Origin: Octopus bimaculoides
Lineage: Eukaryota
DNA: 40,725 nucleotides
NCBI RefSeq assembly: GCF_001194135.2
Contig: NC_068990.1
Location: 64,990,728 to 65,031,452, forward strand
Direction: 5' to 3'
The notes beneath the pieces were generated by a model. The model ran no database searches. It worked only from the letters and a program-made list of their open reading frames with translations, and was not told the DNA's origin. Position numbers and translations under genes: made by a program. Positions 22,277 through 32,470 of this stretch are shown here, piece after piece. Within the stretch, counting starts at the first letter, position 1. Each line of letters starts with the position of its first letter.

Positions 22277-25200
22277 CTGGATCAAGGAAGTAGACAAAAC
22301 AAGCAGGGATGGGACAATCTTTTTGATTAGGGCACTGCACGTGGTAGACTCCCTTGGGGCAGCGACGTTCCAAAACTTTCCCTGAGAACTGGTATGGTTC
22401 CTCATTACCTGTCATGATGCAATGCGAGCAAAGTAGTTTTATTTCAACAAGTGCAAATGGCCACTCATGTAGAAGACCAAGCATGTCGTGCCAAGATGCG
22501 TGAATGAGACCCCAGAGTTCTTGCATGTCACTGCCTCGTACAGACAGAGTAACTAGCATCATATTTTGACCATTCAATTCTTTCTTTTCTTTCTGCAGCA
22601 AACATTTACTCAAATTGTATCTAGCATAGATACCATTGCGCCAACCATCGCAGTAAGATACATAGTTCTGAAAACGAACAGATACTTTTTCAAAGAAATT
22701 TGGTGGACCCTTCTTTGGAAATTGAAACTGAATTGTGAGCTGTACAGTGTCCTTAGGGACCTGAGCAGGCCACTTTGAGACAAGATTTGCTGGTGAGACA
22801 TCAGGTAAGAACCAAGGAAATAAAAGTAATCGGGTGTAGTCCAGTAACGAGACATTAATCTCATTAATGGGTATCTCATAGCAAAGATCAAACTTTAACA
22901 TGAGTGAGGTAAATGTCTCAAGAGCACTGACATCAAGTTGAAAGTGGCAAAGAGTATAGCGAAGAAGTTCAACTGACATCATTCCTTCATGAAGGAAAAG
23001 TTGCTTGGCATTTCTAAATTGTTCCTCAGTCATGTTCACTTTCAAGCCCAAATGCCGATGATACACCATAATATCCTCAAAATCATGCCGAAATATTGAG
23101 CGCAACATATCAATCAGTGTCTCTGGTCGATGGAATACAAGCTGATTGAGCTTAGGATTGTCATAGTACCAAATGATTTCTCCAGTTGCATGAAAATATT
23201 TTAAAATAACTTGTAAACTTTTTTCAGGAGACCCTTCCATGCTAATCATTGACTGGCCTAAGCTTTTCATGAGATCAGTAAAAATCTTTAATGTATCATT
23301 CCAATGAAGTATTTTCTCTTCTCGTTGCTGCAGCTCAATTAAGAAACTATACCAAGACTTTGGAAGAGGCCGCTGTTCTGATTCTTTCAATGTAGTGATG
23401 ACTCTATCAACAAATTCATTAATGCCAACAAGATCATCTGCACAACTGACTGTTGAAATATCATCAGGTAATTTCACTCGAGTATTTACCATACGCAGCA
23501 GGTGACTAACTTTCTCAGAATCTCGTTCAACATCAAAATCTGAAAAACCACTCTTGCCAGTGTCTTGTTTCTGTGTACTATCTAACTTCTCTTTCAGCTG
23601 ATTTATTTCCATAAAAAGATTATCAATTTTTGTGTTCTCTTCAGAATGCATCTTCTCCAGGATGTAAGCTTTCTTCTCTGCTATTTCATTCTCATTACAA
23701 AGATCAGCGTGAGTTCCAACTAACTGAATAGATGCTCCTGGTGCTCTGTCCAGAATTCCTTCCAGCCAGTCTCCAATCCTAAAGTCATAGGATTCAGGAT
23801 CACAAGAAAACACATTCAGATCAAAAACAAGAATGTGCAAAGCTTCTGAGGTAAGAAACATATGATGAGCAGCAGAATAAATATGATGCCCACCAAAATC
23901 AAGAATCTGTACCCGTAAGCTTTCTTCAGGTTCCCAGAGATGGCGTTCCAATACCCACGTCCGTTCATCATCTGCAGTTAATCGTGATCGGCCCAAAAGC
24001 AATGCATTTCGTAAGCTAGTTTTTCCAGCCTTCACAGCACCAGTAAGAATCATCTTCCTCCGATGGTTTGCCTCACTAACTCGAATTTCTTTCAAGTATT
24101 TAAACAATGCCCCCACACCTTGATCACATATTTCCTGCCGTGGTTTTATCAAATAATTGCCTTGCAAGAAAATGCCATTTGTTTTTTCAAGGCCAGTAAG
24201 CTGGTCTAAGAGGAGAGGCAAGCGCTTGAGTTTGTTCTCTGTCAAGTTCAAAAAGTCTAAGTTGTCAAGTCGGTGGAACGTGTCCGGAATTTCTTCAAGC
24301 AAGTTGTGAGCTAAATTGAGTGACTGAAGCGACTGGCAACTAGATATTTCATTAGGCAAAAATTTTAGTTTATTATTGCACACACTCAATTTCCGTAAAA
24401 CATGAAGCCTTCTAATACTACCAGGAATTGTTTCAAGATAATTGTCTGACAGTTCAATTTCCTCCAACTGCTGAAGATTGAAGAATTCTTCAGGCAATTG
24501 GAGTAAAGCATTTTTCTGCATGAGAAATACTTTCAAATTTTCTAATCCACTAATTTCAGGAGGTATTGTAGTAAAATAATTGCCACTTATATTCAGTTTA
24601 ACTAAACTCTTGAGGTTAAGCAAAGCTACAGGTATTTTAGGAATAAACCGCATAGCGGCAGTAAGATGAAGTTCTTGCAAATTAGTACAATCAGCAATTT
24701 TTTTAGATATATATTTTAAGTGATTTCCACGCAAGCTGAGAATTTTCAGCTTTTTTAAATTGCCAATTTCATCAGGGAGTGTGTCAATTTGGTGCCAACT
24801 GCAGTCAAGGGTGAGCAGTTCTGGCAAATTGCACACTGAAGTTGGTAATGTCCGTAATCCACCTCGCGGACTCCACTTTCCAGACAGATTAAGAATCTGC
24901 AACTTCTTGCATTGACTCATTTGTTCCGGAACTTCGGACAACAGATTTCCACCGATATTCAGATGGCGCAGATTCTTAAGCTCTCCGATTTCCGGCGGTA
25001 GCCTTTCAACGCTGTTCTCACACAGGTTTAGCTCAACCAAACTGGTTAGTTTGAAAATAGACTGTGATAGCTCTGAGAGGTTGTTATAACTAAGGTTTAA
25101 TTTCTGTAATTCAGAAATTTGAGTAAAACAGTTTGGAATAGTTTGGAGGTAGTTGCCAACAGCATGGAAAACTTTTAAGCTAGTTAGAGAACCTAGACTA

Positions 25201-25388
25201 CTGCCGCGTACAGGGAAGGTGTACAATCGCATAAATGGGAGATAGAGTTCATCCAGCTCCAAGGAGTACAAAGACTTGGGTAGCCAACCCTTGTATTTGC
25301 CATCTGGAACAGTAAGCACAGTTCGACCATTACTTTTTGTCTCCAAATAGGTCAATAGTTGCTCTGATACTTGGCTGTGGGATGACAT
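22277..25388 (-). CDS. MFHAS1: Coding exon 1 (3112 nt, codons 1-1037 plus 1 nt) of an MFHAS1/MASL1-like ROCO protein: about 14-15 LRRs, ROC GTPase, COR
   Basis: 1051-aa ORF. LRRs follow LxxLxLxxNxLxxLP. ROC motifs are GAVKAGKT (P-loop), DFGGH, VGTHADLC and VSC. VGTHADLCNENEIAEK and LLHEWPFALVEIKLLCSHC...CP closely recall human MFHAS1 (VGTHADLCGERELEEK; LLQEWPGLHYTVHILCSKC; from memory). The acceptor tttttacttctttacAG opens the exon at 25398, 10 nt before the ATG. The donor CAG|GTAAGT follows 22277. The symbol means MFHAS1-like; orthology is untested. Confidence 0.93.
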
Positions 25389-26239
25389 CTTTGGTATTCT
25401 GTAAAGAAGTAAAAAAAAAACATTAGAGTTAAATTAATCAGAGATAAAAGTGAACTTAACGATATTAAAGAGTCACTGAGAAAATTTATTACACAACAGT
25501 AATACATGAGCACTCATCAGATACACATACCTCGGAAGACACAATACAACATCCAGGAATCACATTCATCAAACAACTCAACACAACACTCCTAAGATGG
25601 CATGATACAATAATTGCCACATTTACAAAATCTCTATTGTAGTAATCAGCCGTAGAGTACAAGGGAGAAAACTGTGCTGGTATAGACGTGCAATGTATAT
25701 GACAGAGAGTATTTTCATTAAAGGTCAAGTGATACAAGTAAGTGGAAGGAGTCTTCAAAAGAGTAGGACAAGGAAAGAATGGTGAGCAGCCTGATCTCAG
25801 AATGCTTAATTTCATGAAGGAGACAGATGATCAGAGACTGCAACAAGTGGCAAGGTATTATGCCATAAAAGAATCATTCAACCATGCCAGTACAGCAAAG
25901 CTGATATAAAATTATGATGATTTTTGTAAATTAAGCATTTATGAAACTGAATGATAAACCTGTTAGATATTTAATGTCAAGTTAACTCTGAATGGAAAAA
26001 ACTATGATCAAAAACATTCAGGCCATGGTAATATTGTCATTTATTTGGACATAGTGTATCTAGAACATTATCTAATGTGTCCTTCCTTAATTTTTTTGGT
26101 TTTAAGAGAGTAAAGTGTAATTTGAAAAGATTTACTTGCTATATCTAGCTAATCAGAATTTGAGAAGATTAAAAACCGTGGCTGTCCTTGCATACAGGCA
26201 TGTCTCCTGCATCCCTCTTCAGCTGAGCAAATTAATCTT

Positions 26240-26410
26240 GCAGGCTCATGGGTGCTGGTTCCACATAAAAAGCACCCAGTACACTGTAAAGTTGTCATTA
26301 GAAAGGGCATCCAGCATGGAGCCCAGGTAGCTCTTCAGCTGGCCTGCTCCAGTTAAACTGCCCAACCCCTGCCAGCATGGAAATCGGATGATGATGATGA
26401 TGATGATGAT
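26240..26410 (+). mobile_element. SINE-like family C tail, opposite orientation
   Basis: aaaagcacccagtacactg...agaaagggcatccagc...gccagcatggaaatcggatg(atg)n. Confidence 0.6.
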
Positions 26411-26919
26411 TATTATTTGTTATATCTAGCAAGTTAAGCTCCTGAATAACAAGGGAAGAGTCAAGAGATGACACAACATCAACAGCACCACTGTTGAAGG
26501 CTTAAATAAATATCAAATCCCACTCTGTATTTCAATCTGGTACTTATTCTATCATTCTTTAATTAATAAATGGCTAAGTCACCTTAGCAACCCAACAAAT
26601 CATTTTTAGCCCAATACCCACAAACACACACACATAACTTAGTTGTTCAATAAAGAGAGTGATAAAAATAAGCGTCAGGCTAAAATTAAAAATAATGAGG
26701 TTGATATGACTAATTTCTGCTCTTGTCAGTGGGACTCCAACATGGCTACAGAGCAACGACTGAAACTAGTCAAAGAATAATAAAAGCATACATTGTAATA
26801 AAAACCTGTCAGGATGACATTATCCAATGTGTCCTTTTCTTAAGATGGTATCACATAATTGTGCTCGTGTGTGTGTGTGTGCATGCACGCACACACACNN
26901 NNNNNNNNGTGTGTGCATG

Positions 26920-26967
<48 letters not shown>

Positions 26968-27149
26968 CCTGAGGGTTTTCCCAAAAGTGTGCAAAAGGGA
27001 GAATAACTCCTTTTATTAACTCGTTTTGAGATTTGGTTTGCAAGATTCTTTATGTGAGTTCGTGTGTTGAAGCATATATTATACAGTTCTATATTTAAGA
27101 GATGAGGAATCATGTACATTATTTACATTAACGTTGATAACATTAACCC

Positions 27150-27282
27150 CAGTGCATAACTAGTACTTATTTAATCGACCCCCGAAAGGATGAAAGGCAA
27201 AGTTGACCTTGGTGAAATTTGAACTTAGAACATAGCAGCAGACAAACACCCAGCATCGTAACGGTTCTGCCAGCTCACTACC

Positions 27283-27285
<3 letters not shown>
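27150..27285 (-). mobile_element. SINE family A partial copy followed by a (GAT)/(GAC)/(GAG) microsatellite
   Basis: tagtacttatttaatcgacccccgaaaggatgaaaggcaaagttgacctt...gttctgccagctcactacc. Confidence 0.75.
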
Positions 27286-27313
<28 letters not shown>

Positions 27314-27772
27314 CGATGACGACGACAACGATGACGATGACGATGATAAGGAGGAGGAGGAGGAGGAGGAGGCATCAGGTGCACTGTTGGCAAATTTCAG
27401 AAAGCATGGAAGTTTTCAAGGATATGACCTTGCTACAATTCTTCCAAATTTCCCCATTGTAAGTTACAATGAATCAATGGAAAAGTGTAGCTTGATATGA
27501 TATTTAGGTTAACTGATAAGTATGGTGTACGAGCATGCAATTTTATGTTGTTAGCTAAAACTAAAAAACACAAGTTTTAGATATGTATAATCAATTTAGA
27601 TTTGATTTTTCAGACACAGACCCAATCAAACTGAAAGCTAAAATGTCTCATTTCGAAATGGAAAGTATATAGTGATTGATTAAACTAAATTATTTAAGTA
27701 GGAACTGGTTTGATGAACTAATTAAATGGCTGAGGTTGAAAAAGAAAACTAGATGAGAACCTTGTTAGATTT

Positions 27773-27941
27773 TACAGTTCTATATTTAAGAGATGAGGAA
27801 TTATGTACATTATTTACATTATTTACAATTGATGAATATTTGTCCTCATCTTGTTTGTTGTTAACACAATGTTTTGGCTGATATACCCTCCAGCCTGGGT
27901 TCTCATTCCTAAGGTATTTTTCGATGTTGTTGTTGTTGGTG

Positions 27942-27984
<43 letters not shown>

Positions 27985-28322
27985 CATCATCATTATTATT
28001 ATTCAGGTTACTGCCTGGAATCAAACTCGGAATCTTGGGGTTAGTAGCCCGCGCACATAACCACTATGCCCACGGGCATATGGTGTAGTGGTTAAGAGCA
28101 CGGGCTATTAACCACAAGATTCCCAGTTCGATTCCAGGCAGTGACCTGAACAATAATAACAATAATAATAATACCAACATCGAAAAATACCTTAGGAATG
28201 AGAACCTAGGTTCGAAATTTCCCCAAGACACCTGATGAAGGCTGGAGGGTATATCAGCCGAAACGTGTTAACAACAAACAAGATGAGAACAAATATCCGT
28301 CAATTGTAAATAATGTAAATAT
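27773..28322. mobile_element. Head-to-head dimer of a tRNA-headed SINE-like element (family E) flanked by the 11-bp direct repeat TTGTTAGATTT
   Basis: Plus arm from about 28074: A-box TGGTGTAGTGG, B-box AGTTCGATTCC, (AAT)n, then the body. The minus arm (about 28072-27773) is its reverse complement, with an internal deletion at cct microhomology. TTGTTAGATTT at 27762-27772 and 28323-28333. Confidence 0.8.
28227..28269 (+). ncRNA. Minimal hammerhead-like motif inside family E
   Basis: GACAC-CTGATGA-A-GGCTG-gagggtatat-CAGCC-GAAAC-GTGTT. The minus-arm copy reads CAGCC-AAAAC-ATT-GTGTT, consistent with an ancestral GAAAC-GTT-GTGTT (palindromic AACGTT stem III) altered by CpG decay. Confidence 0.45.
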
Positions 28323-28619
28323 TTGTTAGATTTAGGAAAGACTTTCAATATTAAAAAAATTTCTCAACTCAAGTCGGAACTGATAGAATAGAAGACATTT
28401 ATAGAAAGGATAGCATTGAATATGTGTTTGTAGCTAAAAACAGCTTAACTATTTTGACAAAAAGGATACATTGACTGAGCTATGATACATGTTCTAAAAC
28501 ATGAGGTTATGAAAGCGACTGAATGAGTAACAGAGAAACAATGTAACAACAAAACTTTGATATGACATATCTAAGAAGGCGTGTCAGTTTAAGCCCCAAA
28601 GTGACATGTTGTATCTCTC

Positions 28620-28830
28620 AGCAGCAGGTGGCAAGCAGGCAGAATCGTTACCATGCTGTGTGAAATGCTTTGCAGCCTTTTGTCTATCTGTATGTTCTGA
28701 GTTCAAATTCTTCCAGGGTCGACTTTGTCTTTCATCCTTTCGGGGGTCAATAAAATAAGCACCAATTGAACACCAGGGTCCATTAAATCGACTTGGCCCC
28801 TACTGGCCTTGTGCTAAAATTTGAAACCAA
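28620..28830 (+). mobile_element. SINE family A copy
   Basis: ggcagaatcgtta...gtcgactttgtctttcatcctttcgggggtcaataaaataagcacc...ggccttgtgctaaaatttgaaac. Confidence 0.75.
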
Positions 28831-29341
28831 AACATGTGCAATTCCAGGAAGGTTTTTGTGTAGTATACCACTGAGAAGGAAAGAAGAGCAACCTCTCAGA
28901 CAGCTTTAATACATTCAGATAATTCAAAAGCAACTACATGAACTTTAGCATTCAGATTACTCTATCAAATATAATACTTATTTATTTACATTGTTTTGAA
29001 TTAATCATACATTATCTAGTAACTGCAAGATTTCAATGATGTGTTTATTTTTACGATGATATTGTAGGTGTCAGGGGATGGGTCTGGCCAGTTTTGACAT
29101 AAAATAGGCAGGATATTGTTGGTTTAAACGCTATAGCATGCATCTTGCCTTCAGAGGTTGCATAACTCATGAAAACTCATTATCTCCTTGGTGGTCAACA
29201 TAAATGGCCATCTTCCAGAACAGTGCATTACCATGAGTGGATACCATCAAGACCTACTCTTCTCTTCACAGCTTCTGTAGATTCAATTCTTGAGGCTTTA
29301 CAGAATGAGTGAGACTCAATAAATCAGTGTGTACATATATA

Positions 29342-29550
29342 CAGGGTGTCCACAAGCCTGGGTACATGAGGATTAATACATACTTTACGACATTATTATT
29401 TCTCATATTTAATTGTTTATGTTGTGATTTTATTTACAGTCTGGGTACATGAGGATTAATACATACTTTAAGAAATTATTATTTCTTATATTTAATTGTT
29501 TATGTTATGATTTTATTTACTCCATGTACCCAGATTTTGTGGACACCCTG
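29342..29550. mobile_element. Tc1/mariner-type MITE with TA TSD and an internal ~82-bp tandem duplication
   Basis: TA|CAGGGTGTCCACAAgcCTGGGTACATG ... CATGTACCCAGattTTGTGGACACCCTG|TA. Duplicated units at 29358-29440 and 29441-29520. Confidence 0.88.
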
Positions 29551-29684
29551 TAGATAATGCCTCTATCATTACAATGGATATCTCAATAATCAACATAATT
29601 TGAACTAACTTGAAGAAATATAAGGTAAGAGGAGTAAGAACAAGTCAGTGACTTCCAACTTGATAACTGATACGTCCTTGCTCA

Positions 29685-30730
29685 CTAGTAGAGCTGTAGT
29701 TTTCTTAGCCTATCCCTATAGCTCATCCACTGCACTGTTTCAATCTTTTTAGTGTAGTGGCGCGGGACTGCTTCAAGCTCCGCTGTTAGTTTGGCACTAT
29801 GTGGTGACCATAACTGGGAACAGTAGTCAAGGCAGCTGAGAACAAAGGTTCTCCACAGGGTCAACATAGTTTCTTGGTCTCTTGTCTTGAAGGACCTCAG
29901 TATCCATCCTGCCAGTTGTCCGCACTTTGCTGCCACCTTGCTTGTGTGCATATGAAATGATGTGTCATTGCACATACTGATCCCCAAGTCTTTCACTGCA
30001 TGTGACTCGGATTATAGTGCCTTCAGGTCCTGTAAATGTAGATCATACTGTATTTGTACTGAGTTGATAGTGCAGTGTTTAAAATTTTCCAGCATTAAAC
30101 TGCATGTTGTTTATTTCAGCCCACTTGTATATTGAGCTTAAGTCCTGCTGTAAGATTGTGACATCCCCTTGGTTTTTTTATTGCCTTTGATAAATTTGGG
30201 TCATCGGCGTAGCTAGTTACAGTCGCTGTCCGAGTGACTGTAGGCATGTCTAAGAGGGCTATTGTAAATAGTAATGGCCCCAGAACAGTTCCCTGGGGGA
30301 CACCACTAAGGATTTGAGTTTCCTCAGAAAGGGCGCCATTGGCTGCAACAACCTGACTTCTGTTTTTAAGGAAGTCATGCAACCACTCTCCCAGTTTACC
30401 AGCAATGCCAAGATCTCGTAGCTTATGACTCATCATGTCATGATCTACCTTATCAAATGCCTTTGCAAAGTCACGGTATATCACATTGACATCTGAATGA
30501 TCAAGCAGCTGTTTCAAAACTCAGTCATAGTGCTGTAGGAGCTTTGTGAGGTAGCTTCTTCCAGGGGATAAGCCATGCTGAGTGTTGTTCAGTAGGTCAT
30601 TTTCTTCTAAGAACATAATCAACTTCTTTCTGATGATTCGCTCCATGACTTTACTGATATGTGAAGTCAGAGAGATTGGCCTGTAGTTTTTGGCCTCTGC
30701 TCTGCTTCTACCTTTGTGAATAGGGCATAT
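29685..30730 (-). mobile_element. CR1-like LINE reverse-transcriptase fragment (pseudogenised)
   Basis: ICPIHKG...NYRPISLTSH...DFAKAFDKVDH...SGVPQGTVLGPLLF...YADD...LDYCSQLWSP...RLRKLQLY, with stops and frameshifts. Confidence 0.9.
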
Positions 30731-30735
30731 AATAT

Positions 30736-31628
30736 AGTGACACCGACGCTACTCTAGAATCACAACATGGTAAAGCTGACCATGTATGAACCGACGGAAA
30801 CCATGGACATGCAGCCTACAAGAAACTCTCAGAATCTTTCCAGCTTGAACTTCCATAAGGCAAACTGGAAACAAATTGAGTAAGAGATCCTCAAACAAAA
30901 CTGGCCTAAATGTCTCTCCTCACCAGACATCAACATGAAACTTCATCAATTCATGTCTAATGCAAGCCATATGCTACAAATGTGTCCTGGAGAGAAAGGC
31001 CACTGTACACAAGAACAAAATCCCCAGGGCGAGGAAAATTCTTATGAGGCAGCGTACAAAAGTTTCAAATGGCCTAAACAAACAAATTGAAAGCAGTGAA
31101 AAGTCCTGCCTGAAAATACAATTGCTAGAGATTGAAAACAATCTGCAACTCTCCCATGAAAAAGAAAGAGCAAAAGATGCCTGGGCTATAGACAATATAA
31201 AATCTAACCCCCGAGATTTCTACAATTTTGCCAAAGAAACTGCTTCAGTGCACTGCAGAATAGGGCCACTCCTCGAAAAAGATGGTGCACTAACAGGAAA
31301 CCCAAGGAGGATAAGTGAAATACTAAATGAGCAATTCAAAAGTATTTTCACTCCACCCCAGGACACTTGCAAGTCAGCAATCCAACTGACTTTTGTACCA
31401 CTGCAGATATAAAAACAGAGACAGTGATGATTGATTACATCAATATAAAGGAAGACAATGTAATAAGGGCTACAGAAGAAATGAACCCAAACTCAGCTAC
31501 TGGCCCTGATGGATTCCCAGCAATCTTTCTAAAAGTATGTAAACGAGTCCTAGCAAGACCACTGCAGTCCCTCTTTCAGAGCTTCCTTGCAACTTCCAAG
31601 AAAACTGCAGGAGGGTAAAATATGCCCT
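30736..31628 (+). mobile_element. CR1-like LINE ORF2 fragment, from the end of the endonuclease to the start of RT
   Basis: VTPTLL*NHN (degenerate SDH), NFHKANWKQI, IKSNPRDFYNFAK, RISEILNEQFKSIFT, SATGPDGFPAIFLK, KLQEGKICP, then a 10-N gap. Confidence 0.85.
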
Positions 31629-31638
31629 NNNNNNNNNN

Positions 31639-32272
31639 CTGTTCATAATGGCCCTCTCAGACATGCCCTCAACCACACAGAAAGCCACGATCACAAGTTA
31701 TGCAGATGATACAAAAGTCTCACAGGTAATACAGAACCCTGAAGACACTATGCACCTGCAATATGAGCTGGATGAAATATACAAGTGGGTTGAAAAGAAT
31801 AGCATACAGTTTAATGCTGAAAAGTTTCAAGCTTTGTGCTATCAGCATGCAAAACTAAATGCAATATCAATTAAATACACTGGACCTGGAGGGATTGCAA
31901 TCCCAGAGGCACCGTCAGTGCAAGACATGAGTAATGATGCATCCCTCCATGTGCATGTTCCTAAATTGGCAATGAAATGCAGGCAGCTGACCAGATGCAT
32001 TCTTAGAACTTTTAGAACAAGAGATCAGGAAAACATGATGGTCCTCTGGAGGACACTTGTCCTAAGCCACTTTGGCTATTGCTCTCAGCTAAGGTGACCA
32101 ACCAGTGTCAAATTAATCTTGAGGCAATCCAACAAAGCTACACAAAGAAGATAGCCTCTATGCAGCATATAAGGTACTGGGAAAGACTCAAGAGATTAAG
32201 ACTCTATTCCTTAGAACGCAAGCGAGAAAGATATGCCATAATATACATCTGGAAGATCCTCGAAGGACTTGT
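31639..32272 (+). mobile_element. CR1-like LINE ORF2 C-terminal fragment
   Basis: LFIMALSDMP...SYADDTKV...QFNAEKFQ...LWRTLVLSHFGYCSQL...YWERLKRLRLYSLERKRERYAIIYIWKILEGLV, ending at a Helitron-like fragment. Confidence 0.88.
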
Positions 32273-32470
32273 AGAGGAGATATTATGTTGTTGTGGGCTC
32301 GAACTATGCAAGAAGTTAAAATTTTTTTTTGACTACTGGGACCCTAAGTAAGGCATGTGTAAAATTTGAATGAAATTGTTTGTGTAGTTCTCGAGTTTTA
32401 GGGAAACACACAGACACACACACACACACACACATACATATACTCTCATTTTTATATATATATACATGCA
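32273..32470 (-). mobile_element. Non-autonomous Helitron-like 5' segment
   Basis: Reverse complement matches 40111-40275: tatatataaaaatgag...ccctaaaactcgagaactacac...ttaacttcttgcatagttcgagcccaca...atatctcctc. Confidence 0.6.

Noticed and set aside
22566-22891. Short ORFs overlapping the COR exon (70 aa plus strand, 93 aa minus strand)
   Set aside because: They are alternative-frame shadows of the main CDS.
22233-25388. LRRK1/2 or DAPK1 identity
   Set aside because: No kinase, ankyrin or WD40 domain is visible, and the ROC/COR motifs resemble MFHAS1.
25489-25815. 108-aa minus-strand ORF just upstream of the gene, with a GAG|GTATGT donor-like site near 25531
   Set aside because: No domain signal, no good acceptor, and the frame that would join the main ORF contains a stop. 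At most an alternative UTR piece.
28074-28150. tRNA-like sequences with A/B boxes (also about 19090-19160 and 35063-35130)
   Set aside because: They continue into repeat bodies and lack a complete cloverleaf acceptor stem; they are SINE heads, not tRNA genes.
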